The translations under genes and the position numbers were made by a program. Positions 12,105 to 25,344 of a DNA stretch of 64,000 nucleotides are shown here, in pieces. Source of the stretch: Eledone cirrhosa (Eukaryota); contig OZ024743.1 of NCBI GenBank assembly GCA_964016885.1, positions 246,326,001 to 246,390,000 of the forward strand, given 5' to 3'. Position 1 is the first letter of the stretch, and every line of letters begins with the position of its first letter. The notes beneath the pieces were generated by a model. That model saw only the letters and a program-made list of their open reading frames with translations, did no database searches and was not told where the DNA came from.

Positions 12105-12740
12105 GCCCCACTGATGCTGCTGTGGATCCATTGTGGACACTTTCAGCCTTCACCCACTATCATGCTGTTACAGTCCTTGCTGCATCCCATGCAATGCTAC
12201 TGTCAACAAGATCATGAAGCATGACTTAAATGCTTCAGGCTTCCCTTTCCAGCTCGAGACAGTGGGTATGGACCAAAAGGACAGCTGAAAGCCAGGCAGC
12301 ATCATGATCTTCATGTTCACCAGCAGTAAGCCCTTCATCTGGGACGCGACATGCAGTGACACCTTCTCCTCTGGCCACCTAAGGCATTCAGCGACAGATA
12401 CGGGCTCCATTGCCTAACAAGCCAAAGATCACAAGCTGTTGAAATATTGGATACTCTCCAACAAATTTGTTGTCAAACCTGCAGCAGTCGAGATTTCTGG
12501 TGTTCTTGGTTTCTGGACCACTTCGCTACTACTATCTGTGTGGTGTTGGCACCCTGCAGGAGTGAGCCCTGGGAGTTGGAATGTTGGAGTGGCTATTTCA
12601 ACTTATCTTCCTTGCTATCCTCTGGGGCAAAGCTTTCTCTATTCTGTCTGCTGTGACCACAAGGCAACCAGTGCATGGGGTACTGCATGCCAGAGAGTGC
12701 TCCCCACACTGTCTCAGCCTGTATCATTGGAATAATGATG
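12105..12740 (+). mobile_element. 3' fragment of a CRE-like non-LTR retrotransposon (Zn motif plus restriction-like endonuclease), degenerate
   Basis: Manual translation CCCGSIVDTFSLHPLSC...VNKIMK..LNASGFP..LETVGM...KP...KPFIWDATCSDT...KY, typical of the CRE RLE region. Confidence 0.7.
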
Positions 12741-12884
12741 CTTGAGTACACTTTTAGCATTACACTCAACACTATATAATTGTTTCTACTTTAGGCACAA
12801 GGCCAGCAATTACACTATATAATAAACATTAATACACCACATATTGGTTAGTCTTGAGTTCGAAGCTGACATATTCTATGAGAC

Positions 12885-13495
12885 CTATTTAGCAGAGGTG
12901 GAAGTTGGGTACCTTGGGGCTGTGTTCAAGAGCGATGGAAGGCAAGAGGCTGAATTAAGTGCAAGAATTGCAGGAGCTGGTGCAGTAATGCACCAGCTTC
13001 AGCATTCAGTAAGCAGAAGAAGAGAGGGAGATGTAAAAGCCAAACTCGCAATCTTCAATTTGTTATTCATGCCAACCCTTACCTATGGTCATGAATCTTG
13101 GATAATGACGGAAAGAATGCAATTGCAAATACAAGCACCTGAAATGGTGTTCCTCCAAAGGGTCTTTGGAGTAATGTTACTCGATAAAGTCCGTAGCTCA
13201 GAGAGTAAATTGTCACTCCAGGTAGAGCAGCTACTTCTCTGATACTATGGGCATCTGGTTAGAATGTCTCAGGAAAGAATCGCTGGACAGATTTTATGGG
13301 CAAAATCAACCAGGAGGAGACCCGAGCAAGATGGTTGGATAACATCCACGAGCTTGGCTGTCTTGCTTGTGGATTCAGCTGAATCAATTGGAGATGGTTA
13401 CTTCTGACAGGACCCGCTGGAGGGAGTGTTTAAGGACTCTGCCTCCACGACCCTCTCAGGAATATGTGGGTGAGGAAGAAGAAGAGAAGAAGAAT
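12885..13495 (+). mobile_element. 3' fragment of a second RTE family, GAA-rich tail
   Basis: YLGAVFKSDGRQEAELSARI..AGAVM, PTLTYGHESWIMTERM, YYGHLVRM. Confidence 0.85.
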
Positions 13496-13599
13496 GTTTT
13501 TTGCTGTTACTGCTGCTACTACAGTTGTTACTGTGTTGTTACTACTGTTAGAGCTGTTACTGTTATTGCTGATAGTGTTATTACTGTTGCTACAGTAGT

Positions 13600-13895
13600 T
13601 GTGAAGTTGTATGGCTCAGTGGTTAGGATATTTGTCTCATGATCGAAAGGTTGATTCCAAGTCACACATTGTCTCCCTGAGCTGAACATATTTCACATTG
13701 CTCCAGTCCACTCAGCCGACAAAAACGAATTGTACCTATAATTCAAAGGGACGGCATTGTCACACACTGTGTCATCATGACTCTCCCTGAAGACTACATT
13801 AAAGGGGCAGATACATGTGGTATACTCAGCCACTTACATGTTAACTTCATGAGCAGGCTGTTCCTTAGTTCATCCAAACAACTGGAACACATGGA
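13600..13895 (+). mobile_element. tRNA-derived SINE, family 3; fragments at 19530-19670, 20320-20410 and 31145-31205
   Basis: tggctcagtggttagg head, tgctccagtccactcagc body and cagccacttacatgttaacttcatgagcaggctgttc tail, shared among copies. Confidence 0.65.
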
Positions 13896-13924
13896 GGTCC
13901 AACACACACATACAGCAGTTCCTG

Positions 13925-14045
13925 CTGGTGCTGCTACTGCTATTATTACTACTACTGCTGCTACTGCTATTATTACTACTACTGCTGCTACTGCTATTAT
14001 TACTACTACTGCTGCTACTGCTATTACTACTACTGCTGCTGTTGT
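13925..14045. repeat. Compound trinucleotide array with a 27-bp higher-order unit (gctgctactgctattattactactact)
   Basis: Directly visible, about 4 units. Confidence 0.9.
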
Positions 14046-14379
14046 TTATTCTATTGTGTAGCAAGGGAGAGCAGGCAGGTAGTCAGACAGACAGCCAGTC
14101 AGTCAGTCATGCACACATATCAGAGTGTTTATTTGTGTCAGTATTTTTCAATGTCATCATTGACTCAACTGGAGAACAGCTAAGATATTTCTGGAAGACT
14201 TAATTCTCTGACTCATCCATACATCTGGCATATCATAATATCCAACAACATTAATAATATTAATAATACTTGGCAGTAGCAGCTGTGTGTGCTGACTAAC
14301 TCTATTATATATTTTTCTCTTCCTTGATTTTAGTGGCATTCCTGTTTACCTTTAGCTGAATACTTTGTCTTAGATAATT

Positions 14380-14580
14380 GACTGAGAGATAGAAAGATAT
14401 TCAGACAATCAGATAGATAGATAGACAGACAGACAGATTGATAAATAAAAAGACAGTCAGACAGATTGATTGATAGACAGATAGACAGAGATAGATAAAT
14501 GAATAGATAGATAGGTGATGCATAGATAGACATATATGAATCGATTCATAAATAGAAAGATAAGCAGATAGATAGACTAT
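14380..14580. repeat. (GATA/GACA)n degenerate microsatellite
   Basis: Directly visible. Confidence 0.85.
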
Positions 14581-14619
14581 TAATTGATAATGTTCCTGCA
14601 ACTAGTGCAGCCAGTCATT

Positions 14620-17600
14620 GGGGTGCCACTCTAGACACTTTTGCTGTTAGCTGTCACCATTGGTCTGTATTCTCTGTCATGCGTAGAAGGATTTCGGTGT
14701 TGTGACCAGTCAAGTCTTTGATGTTGTTGAACTAGGATTTTCTTTGTCTATCTCTTCTTTGCCCTCCCTTGACTGTGCTCTGAAGGATGGTTTTAGACAA
14801 GGAATTGTGGCAGGATACATGACCATACCAGGCAAGCTTCCATTTTTTCACCATCGCAAGGAGTGGTCCCGGTCTGCCAAGAAATTTGTTAGTTTGCTGC
14901 CTGACAAAGTTGTTTGTTTTGTGTTGTAGAGGATGTGTAGCAGCCTTCTGAGGCACTTGTGCTTGAAGGACAGGATTCTTTGTTCCATGTCAGCTGTGAG
15001 AGTCCTACTCTCACACCCATACAAAAGGATCGAAGTCATCAAGGACTTGTATAGTTTGAGCTTCATTGGAAAACTGATGTAATTGCTTTTCCATATAACA
15101 TTCAACTTTACCATGGCAGAAGTGGCCAGAAGTGAACCTTGTCAGTAACTCCTTTTGAGAGCTGCCGTCTTTGGTCAGAGTGGATCCTAGGTACTTGAAG
15201 GTGTCCACTTCTTCAAGTATTCCTCTGTTCAACATGATGCTGATTGTTGTATTCTGATTATTACTGTTAACCAGAATCTTGCTTTTTTCTTAGCTAACAG
15301 TATCATATGCTCTTGATACTTTATCCACTCTGGTAGTGAGTTCCTGGAGTTCTGCTTCACTGCTTCCTAACAAGCCAATGTCATCAGCAAATTGCAGACT
15401 GGAAATGAACCATTCTTCAATGGAAACTGAGGTGTGGAAGTCTTGGAGAGTTCCTTACATGTTTTCCAGGAAGATGCTGAAAAGCACTGGAGAAAGGAGA
15501 CATCCTTGTTGAACTCCCCTTGTTGCCCTGAAATATTCTCCAATGTTGTTATTCAGGAAAACTGCACTGTGTCAGTTGTCATATAGTGCTTTAATTACTT
15601 GAATGAGGTTGATGTCAAAGTTGTAATCCTTCAATCCCTTCCACAAACCCTCATGCCAAACACGGTCAAAAGTTTTTTGTAAGTCAATGAAGTTATGATA
15701 GAGGTCAGATTACTGCTACAGGTGTTTCTCAGGGAGCAGTCTGGTGTTAAATATTTGCTCTGTTGTACTTCTTTGGAGCCTAAATCCTGCCAGGATTTCT
15801 TTTGCCTTTTCCTTAAGTTTATTTAGAAGAACTCTTAGCAGTACTTTGCTGGGGTGGGGTGGGGGTGGCTAATTATGCTGGTTGTTCTGTAGTTCTGGCA
15901 GAGTCTTAAGTTTCCTTTTTGGGGAATAGGTATCATTAATGATTGGGTTCACTCCTTTAGCCAATTCTTTGTTTCCCATATTTTCTGATAAGTAACTGTC
16001 AGTGCCATGATAAGTTTTGGCCCTCCCTGTTTAAAGAGCTCTGATGAGATGTTATTGACTCCAAGGGATTTACCATCATTGTGCATGTGCACCACCTTGT
16101 CGACTTCCTCTTGGAGAATTGGAGTATTCTCAATTTATTTGTTTTTATTTGTGAAATTGTCCAGGGTGTTGATGTCATGTTTGATTTTGAGGTTATAAAA
16201 GTCTTCACAATACTCAGTCCATCTCTTGATGACACCAGCCTCACGTGTGAGGAGAAAATTAGCAATTTAAGGGTTTCATAAGCAGCCTTGTTGTTGCCCT
16301 TTTTTATTCCAGGTTCAATGTTTTTGTACTTGCTTGATATCCATTTCTCTTTGGCTTCCATCATTTTCTTCCTGACTTTTCTATTGACTGCGTTGTACAG
16401 TTGTCTTGCCTCCTAATCTGTTAGCTTGGTCATCCTCAAGTCATATTTTAAATCACATAGGTCCAAGATCATCAGTGACCCATGGTTTATTTTTCTTTCT
16501 CTTTCTCTTCAACACTTGTAAAGCTGTTTTATGAAGTGCTTCCTTGATGATGTCGGTTAAGGAGTTGATATCTTCTAGAAGGTTGAGGGCTCCAAACATG
16601 CCACCTACATTCACCTCAAGCATTGCTGCAACCCTAGGATCTCTTAGTTGTCTACATCAAACTTGATACATGTGGCTCCCTTTTTAAGGATCTTTTTCAA
16701 TTTAAGTTTTAGCGTCATCAGAACCAAATCATGATTTCTGTTGACATCTGCACCAGAGAAGATCTTAGTCCTCGCCTTATTGATACTGGACTTGAACTTT
16801 TGAGATGCAAGGATGAAGTCAATTTGGTTGTGAGTTCAGCCATTGGGTGTATGCCATGTTGTTCTCTGTGAGGTCTTATGTAGGAACAGTCGGTCAGTTT
16901 GTGAGTGCTAGCAAATTCTAGGAGGTGGAGTTCATGATAATTTGTTTTTCCAATCCCAAATCGTCCCACTGTCCCAGGCTATTGGTCATATGCACCTGGG
17001 TCTACTTTGACATTTCAGTCTCCTAAGATGAACAGGATGTCTTTTTTAGGAGGTGTCCTGTGATTTTCTCCAGATTTTTGTAGAACTCTTCAACAGCATT
17101 GTCATAATCGAGTGTTGGTGCATAGACTTATATGATGGTAATGTTCTGTGGCCTTACAGCCACACACATTGTGGTGAGTCTGCTGGATACTGGCATACTG
17201 CTGATGACTGAATTCACAATGATTTTGTTAATGATGAAACCCACTTCATGTTCATGCTTGGTATCATCACCGCTGTACCACAGTATGTGGCCTTCATATG
17301 TAGTTGTCTCACCAAATCCTGTGTACCTGATTTCATTTAGCCCTAAAATATCCCATGTGTATCTGGCATGTTCATGTGTAAGTTCTTTCGTTTTTCCACA
17401 AGCATATACAGTGCAGACATTCCATGTCCCAAAGACAGTATTTTCATTAGAAATGTTGATAATTCCAGATGTAGGTGTTGTTGTCATTATCTCAGTTGCA
17501 CATTGATCATCTCCACCTTCGAAAATAAGAGTGGAGAGCGTTGTCACTGGTGTTCTGGGCTTCAACCGATCGGGCATGTTATTTAACTGTTTGTCTAGCA

Positions 17601-17640
17601 TGGCATTTCAGTTGGCTTTAGAATGTTTAGCAGTGCCAAT
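14620..17640 (-). mobile_element. Near full-length but heavily decayed RTE/BovB-like LINE (APE endonuclease plus RT)
   Basis: APE motifs GTWNV, WDILGLNEIRYTG and GRFGIGKTN; RT and C-terminal motifs FKYLGSTLTKDG, ILLYGCES and KLAWYGHV. Many stops and frameshifts. Confidence 0.88.
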
Positions 17641-18904
17641 CTTCTCTCCAATTGACCTTGCAAGAATTAAAAGCAAAGTTGATCTCAGTGGGATTTGAAC
17701 TTGGAGCCCAGAGAACTGGAACAGGTACCTTAATGAATTCTAATTGACACTTAATGATTCTGCCAGTTTGCCGCCTCTCTACACATTACTGACATCTAAA
17801 CTATGTAGCCTTGTATTTGTGCTATAAATCAATAGCTAATTACTATGTATCTTGATCTAGACATATCCACAAATTATTTCACATTTACACAGCTGTTCAC
17901 TCAGTTCAATGCAGAAGTTAACACAAGATAAATTGGACTATTCATACATACTCTACAGCATTGTCCACCTTCCAAATGTCATCTGTTTGATTAACTGTTT
18001 TGATACTAAACCTTCCATACTGCCTTTTGTTCTTTGTTATAAGAACTTTCATTTTAAAATGTCTATATTTAAATCAATATTTTCTATCATAGTTTTAAGT
18101 AAGACAACAATAACATTTTTATGTCCTTTTTCCCTGCTAAAGTAAGGGTTAGCCTTGTGAGAACTGTGGTAGGCATCATACTCATCATGGGGTCTTTTCG
18201 AGGCAATGTTTTATGGCCATATACCCTTCCTGGTGCCGACTCTTTTAATTACATCTCACAAGATGCAGGGATATGGTGTATCTATTCTAAATTGAATACA
18301 CACAGCAATAGTTTTATGTAAGAACCATTTGTTAATATTTGTTCCCAAAACTTATTTAATGGAAAATATAGTAATTTTAATAAATTCATAAAAACTTTTT
18401 ATTATTTTCAAAGTTAATTAGAAAAATATAGGCAATGTATTTCATCATAAATATAGTCATGAAAGGGTTAGTAACCCTTTATTTATCAGATCTGCCAGTC
18501 CCACTGTTCCACTCTATTTGACTATGTCCGTCACCTGTCTCTATTATCATTGTTGATGCAGTATGAGTGAATAGTTAAAAAGTTCGCTTCGCAATCATTA
18601 CGTCCTGGGTTCAATGCAACTGTGAGGAGTCTTGGGCAAGTATCATTTACTATAACTTCAGGTTGATCCATGCCTCATGAATGAAACAAATCCAGTGTTA
18701 TGCTACTGAGAGTACAAGTCCATTGTAAGGCTAGCCCTTGAGCTGTGGTTGGTACACATTTTAGCTAATTGAATTGGAACAATATGAAATATAATGCATT
18801 GCCAAATGAGATAACATACCATCTAGGCTAGGAATGAAACCCACAACCTTATGATCATGAGCCTAAACCTTGACCCCCACCAGGATGAGGAGAAGAAGAA
18901 GAAG

Positions 18905-19335
18905 AAATCATTATCGTTTAACATTCATTCTTTCACGCTATAATGGGTTAGATAAGTTGCCCTGTTGTGAGATAAGTCAGGTCAAATGACCGTATCTTGC
19001 TCATATAGAACTGTTTTTGGTTTCTATGGCTGGATGCCCTTCCTAATGCAACCACATTTACAGTGTGGATTGGGAGCTTTTTGTCGTGTCACCAACACGA
19101 CCAGTTTACAGTGTGGCTTTTTGTTGTGGCTCCAAGGTGTGGGCTGCGCACTTTTGTCATGTTACCTTATGAGGGGGTGGGGGACTAGGTGCTCTTTTGT
19201 CATGGAACAAACATGAGCACATTACATGGTGGACTAGGGGTTTTTGCTGGGTCACCAGCATGACCACCTTTTAGCCATTTCAGCAGCATTGTAGGAGAGT
19301 GTGTTCATCTTTCCCTGCTTGTATACATGGGTTTG
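18905..19335 (-). mobile_element. RTE 3' UTR fragment (same UTR as 340-795)
   Basis: Reverse complement of the ggcatccagcc.tag.aac and cacactgtaaatgtggttg motifs. Confidence 0.65.
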
Positions 19336-20486
19336 TCGGTGGGGACTCAGAAGTGGAAAGTCGGGGTAGGGTGCATGTATGTAGGGTGGGGATTGGATAA
19401 GTAGGTCACAGGCGGTGCCTCAGAGTGGAAAGTGGAAGGGGTATGTAGGGTGTGGATTGGAGGGGTAGGGGTTGGGTGGGGTACTTAGCTGGTGAAGAAA
19501 TGTATGTATATGTATGCATGTGTTTGAGTGCTCCTGGCTTAGTGATTAGGATGTTTAGCTCACAAGTACAAGTCCCAACTCGGCACTCAGCTGCAAAATG
19601 AGCTGTACCTCTCATTCAAAAGGCTAGCTATGTCACACTGATTTTCCCTGAGAACTATGTTAATGGTCTAAGTGTAGCGATTGTATGTTTATTGTATATT
19701 CTAGATGCAACATGAGAGATGGTTTGAGTTTAGCATTATTGTTCGTTGGCAGATGTAGGAGTATTAATATTTTTGGTTTGATGGGTGATTCCATGAATTG
19801 CTCTCTCCCATTTAAGCATTGTGGGAAATTTGTGACTTATGGCAAATGAATTGAGTGTGTGTGTCTCAGCCAGTCGAGATGTGCGGTTGCACTCGCCGCC
19901 ATAGTCAGTTGAAAGTTGAAAGTTGAAAGCAAAGCTACCATTAACAATATCTGATGAACAATAACAAACATCGCTACTATAATGATTTTTATTAAGAAAA
20001 TAACTTACATCGAAGCTATAGTTGATAACACAGGAAAACAACAAAGAATCAAGTGAATTGTGTGTTACGTTTGTATGGTTTGTTTGTGTGAATGTAGTAG
20101 TAGTCTGACAAGATGCATTGAACTAAGCTTTATCGAGATGCCAACCCTGTTGAGAGGACTGAAGATTTTGGGCTAAGCACTACATCTGTCTGCTTGCCAA
20201 ATGAGCTTAAGAAAATCTTATCTCAAATAACCCCAAGTTGGCCAGTTTCTCCAGACTACTGCTGCCAACCCAAGATAAAGAAAAACTGAACATTATGTCG
20301 TTCAGGAGTCAGTATATGTGGAGAGATTTCGCTACATAAGTGTCTGTGAAATGTTCAGTCATTTACACGTTAATTTCATGAGTAGGCTGTTCTGTTGTTT
20401 GAACAACTGGGATATTGACCCTCAGAATTATCAGAGGTCCAACAACATATGTATGTGTGTGTTTGAGAGAGTGTTTATGTGTTTAA

Positions 20487-20537
<51 letters not shown>

Positions 20538-21054
20538 ATAAAAGAGGATTTCGATCTAGTTCAGGCAATCTTTCATTTTAGATGTATAAAATAATTCATA
20601 AGCTCTGACAAACTTATATATTATGTATGCATGTGTATGGTGGGTGCATGTTTTATAGCTTTTAATGTGTGGGAATCAAAATTTGCCTGATTTTAACAAC
20701 TACTGCTGCTGTTTCAACTGTTTCTCTTGAATTACATATCCTTTCAATTATGGTGGATAGCTTACTTAAGAGGAAAGAATTTACATACATACCCAGATTT
20801 ACACAAGTACATGAATATTCTTTTCCTTTTCGTTCTTTATATTTGTTTCAGTTATTAGACTACAGTCAGGCTGGGGCACTCTCTTGAAGGGATTTGGCTG
20901 ATCATATCGACCCCAATTATTTCAAGCCTGGTACTTGCTTTATCGATTACTTTGTGCTGAACTGTTAAGTTTCCAGACATAAACACAAACACATACATGT
21001 GATATATCAGGTAAAATATTTATGATAACAAAAGAGAGAGAATGAGATAACAGA

Positions 21055-21076
21055 CACACACATATATATGTATACA

Positions 21077-21174
<98 letters not shown>

Positions 21175-21183
21175 CTGTGTGTG
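21055..21183. repeat. (CA)n(TA)n(TG)n self-complementary microsatellite
   Basis: Directly visible. Confidence 0.95.
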
Positions 21184-21229
21184 GAGGTAAAAGGTAAACA
21201 GAAATAACAATACAATCGGTACAGTATAT

Positions 21230-22530
21230 AGAGGAAATATATTAGGTTAACGCTTGAAATAGCAAGAAGATGGTCTTAACGTTTCGGACGCTACTCCTTC
21301 ATCAGAAGAAAGAATGAGAAATAGGATAGATTGAGGGGATGGGCAGGGTGGAATTGGAAAAAAATCTCTTTAGATAAAAATAACATGTTGACATCTCTTG
21401 GAAAACTGTTGATGCTGGCGTTTTGTGTATGATATATTATTTTAGAAAAGTGGATGATGTACCTGAAATGGAAAAAAAAAACCGTTTTGTATAAAGAGCT
21501 ATACTTGTGCACGTGCGTATGCTATACGTGTGTGTGTTATGCGTCCATACGAAACTAAGAAGATATGTGTGTATATGTAAATAAAAGAGTGTGTGTGTGC
21601 TTGTAAGTACAAAGCTATGAGCAAAAGTATGTTTATATAAGTGTGTGTGTGTGTGTATACAGAACTGTGAAGAGAAAAGTGGAGTGTGCATATTTTGTTG
21701 GTCTGTATTAGTTGCACAGTATTAGTTGTAAGAGTATATGTTTATGACCATAAGAAAGCCATAGGAATCTAGGGGTGACGGAGTATTAAAGAAATTGGGG
21801 AAGGGAGTTGAGTCCATGAGGGAAACAGGACCCAAGGTGGTAAATCAGACTCTGTTCAGTCCTGGTGTGTGAGGCCTGTAATCCAATATGTAAAAGGACA
21901 CCCAGGACTGAGACATGTAGGGAAGAATGACCTGGGGAACTGAAATGATGGGCAACGGGAGTATCCAAGCCGAGTCGTATGTCCCTCAAATGCTCAGCAA
22001 AATGGCCCGCTATATGGCGTCTCATTTGTCTGGTGTATAAAGCCCTGCAAAGGGAACACAGGAGGGCATAGACAACGTGGGTGGAGGTGCAGGTGAAGGA
22101 GTGGCAGATATGGAATGACCTGTTAGGGCCTGTGAGGGTGGAAATGAAAGGACAAGTGTTGCAGCGGTGTCGAGAACAAGGATGAGAGCCAGGTAGAGTC
22201 ATAGGAGAGGATGAGCAGGAACTACATACCAGGAGGTCACAGAGGTTACGGCGCACTTAAATGTGGTAATAGGTGGGTTAGGAAAAAAACAAGAAGTGAG
22301 AGGGTCAGAAGAGAGGGTGCGGAAGAAACGGAGGATATGTCGCCAGAGTGGTAGGGTGAGGGAAAGGAAGGCGGGTGTTGGGAGGCCGCTGGTGAGGTGA
22401 GAGGGCTGTGGTATGGTCGGTTTCATAGGTGTGGGTAAGAGCAGCTTGGATCAGGGTGGGGGGATATCTACGCTGGATGAAGCAGGAAGCCATGGGAAAG
22501 GAATGAGTTTTGAAATCGTCGTCCTGGCTA
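21230..22530 (-). mobile_element. 5'-truncated Penelope-like element (Neptune-like GIY-YIG) with 3' pLTR
   Basis: ORF 21786-22256: PC...RCNTCPFI..FTCTSTHVVYALLCSLC.ALY..Q...FAEH.RDI...PVAHHF...PHGLN. Hammerhead downstream. Confidence 0.85.
21274..21309 (-). ncRNA. Minimal type I hammerhead ribozyme of a Penelope pLTR
   Basis: Minus strand: tctt CTGATGA a gga gtagcg tcc GAAAC GTT aaga. Confidence 0.8.
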
Positions 22531-22689
22531 TATATACATACATATGATATATATATATACATATATATGATTGTGAAGAAGGAACACTGAAAACCAGCCT
22601 GTCGATATATCACCAACATTTATACAGGTAAAAGCTGTCTGATAAAATCGTATTTGTACAGTTTACAGTTACATAACAGGGCTTTATAC

Positions 22690-24470
22690 TTAGCCAAAGT
22701 CCCACAATCACCAGTAACTACTAATGAATGCCAGTCCTAGACTTGGTACACCACTTTGCTTCTTAGAGGTGATAAGAAGCAAATTGACTCTAATACTATA
22801 TACTACCAAATTGGCATCTTGCAGGGCAATGGTGTGTCAGTGGTACTCTTTCCCCACTCGTTAAACCCACTATCATACCTGCTCACAAAACATAATGATC
22901 ATAGAACTGGATCCCAAAGTATATACAATCTTTTCTTTGTTGACAACCCGAAGCTGTATGGGCCAAATATCAACCACATCAAAGGTAATTGGACTTTATT
23001 ACCTAATTCTCTAGACATTGGAATGGAATTTGGTGAGTCCACATGTACATTTTGGTGATAAATCATGGAAAAGATGTGCCCTCCTCTGAAAATCTAAAAA
23101 TGAACAGCTTCACAATATAACCGCTACAGTCAGGTGACAACTATAGGTATCTTGGACAAGATAAGAATGTCAGATATGATGGACCCCTAAATAAGAAGAG
23201 GACGAGAAATGAATAACTCAAGAGAGTAAAGAGAATGTAGTCATCAGAACTCTCAGTGTACAACAAGCACATTGCCCATAACACTTTTGCTATGAACATC
23301 TAAATAGTAACATTTGACCTGCTGAACTGGTTATTGCAAGAACTGAATGAGATGAATATAAGGACTTACAAGCTGTTCAGTGTTACTGGAAACTTTAACA
23401 TCAATGGTGATGTGAATAGGTTATATTTCCCACTAAAGTAGAGTGTCCGGAGCCTAAAATCCATATTTATGTCATACAAGATCCGGATAGTGACACTAAG
23501 GCAACAGAAGAAAAATGTCAGTAATCATTTCACCCAAATTTATGAGCATGAAAATAACATTGTTAGGATAGCCATTGAACTTAAGTAGGGACATAAAATA
23601 AAAGCTGATACAAATCTCTCTTCCCAGGAACATTGGAAAACTCAACTTATTCCTTGAGCAAAATAAAAAAAAAGGACCAGTTAAGTGAGAAGGTTGTACA
23701 GGGGTACTTGAAAAGAAAAGCACAGACTATAGAGGAGATAAAACCCTAAAATCCTGACATGGAGTTCTGACAAGTTCATAACATCCCATCTTGAAGGATA
23801 CCTCCAATCCAGTAACAAGAAATTCTCACAAAGTACCTACTGCATAAAATAAGGAAAGTCATTGACAATAAATGTAGGCTGCGTAAATGAAAAACTGAAG
23901 ATGTTAGCTACATTATTGCTAACTGTGAAACATTGTCTTCTTGTACCTTTCCATGAGACATGATGTAGAAGCCAGAACAATCTGGAAAGCATTACAGAAG
24001 ACAAAAATAACAAATAAGAAGGAATATGCTGAGACTGATGGCTCTAAGGAATATTGGTGAAACCTAAAAATAAAAACTGACATCAAATTTAAACACAACC
24101 AGCTTGATATTGTTATTTGGGACTGCACATTAAAATCATACTCTTTTGAAGAAGTCAGCTGCCCGCTGGATGTCAATATAGTGAAACAAATACAAGAGGA
24201 GGATATCTGTGAACCATTGATAAGGAGTTTGCAGATAGAGTACTAAAAGTACATGATCAGTGTTTTTGCCTGGACTAAAGTATGACCAGACTTGGATTTG
24301 TAGAGAAAGAAAATAGCTCCTAAATCCATATTTGAAACCTTCAAAATCTGTAAAAAAAATTCTTATGATTCAAAGTATGAACGATTACTCAAGGAAAGGC
24401 AAAAACGCCCTTTTCTTTACAACCTTGCCACCGGAAAGGTGGCCAGTAAAAATAAAACCTCAAAATTAAG
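22690..24470 (+). mobile_element. Decayed R4/Dong-like non-LTR element (RT plus RLE)
   Basis: GILQGN..SVVLF..SLNPLS and NLFFVDN.KLY (RT), YRYLG, KCRL, RHD, HNQ.DIVIWD and EVSCPLD (RLE). Confidence 0.75.
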
Positions 24471-24750
24471 AGAAACTAACTCATTCACACATATGTACAT
24501 ACAGACAGGCAAACAATCTACTTACCTGATTTGTGAGCTGCTGAAACAGACAAATACCATCACTTTTGTTCTTCCACAGTAGGTTCAATGGCCACTGAGT
24601 ATGATACCAGGTCACAATGAACTTGAAATTTAAGTTGAGTTAATGAACAAGAATTGCATTTTCCACTACAAAAATTACCTGAAAGCATTCCTTATAATTA
24701 AGTTTACTTCAAATATGGCTCTAAGTTCATTCCATCATTTAACCCTTTTG

Positions 24751-25162
24751 ATACCAACTCACCTAAAGCCACTTCTGATTATATGATAAAAATCTGTTTT
24801 GACACCAACCTGCCTGAAACCGCCCTGATTCTATGATACAAAACTATTTGTTTTAAAGTGTTTATATTTTTCTAAAAACCATTCCATCATCATTTTATGT
24901 AAGAACCTTTGTTAAGTCATATTTCACCCACCAACTTAATAATGAGAAAGTTACTGAATATTACTGAATCTCTCTGATTTATTGGTTATTTTCAAATTTT
25001 TTTGAAAATCATTGATGTTATTTTTCATTAAAAATATGGCAATGAATGATACCAACCCACCTAAAGCCACTCCTGATTATATGATGAAAATCTGTTTTGA
25101 CACCAAATTGCCTGAAACCGCCCTGATTCTATGATACAAAAGTATTTGTTTTAAAGTGTTTA
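24751..25162 (+). repeat. About 298-bp tandem duplication of an AT-rich repeat; copy 2 is split by a Helitron and resumes at 29207
   Basis: gataccaac.cacctaaagccact occurs at about 24751 and 25048. The continuation tatttttctaaaaaccattccatcat occurs at 24865 and 29207. Confidence 0.9.
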
Positions 25163-25344
25163 TCTCCTTATAATATATAACCAGCAATTTCTCTGTCTGT
25201 CTGTCCGACAGTGGAAACACGTGCGCGCGTGCGAATGTTTTTTGCGCTGCGACACGTAGAGAGAGAGTGAGAGTGAAAGAAAGAGACAGACTACAAGAGG
25301 GGGATAGCGGGAGGGAGAGAGGGGGGAATTGAGGAGTGCTACAG

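Noticed and set aside
13600-13680. tRNA genes at SINE heads (also 5043 and 27038)
   Set aside because: A/B boxes are present but there is no cloverleaf, and they continue into SINE bodies.
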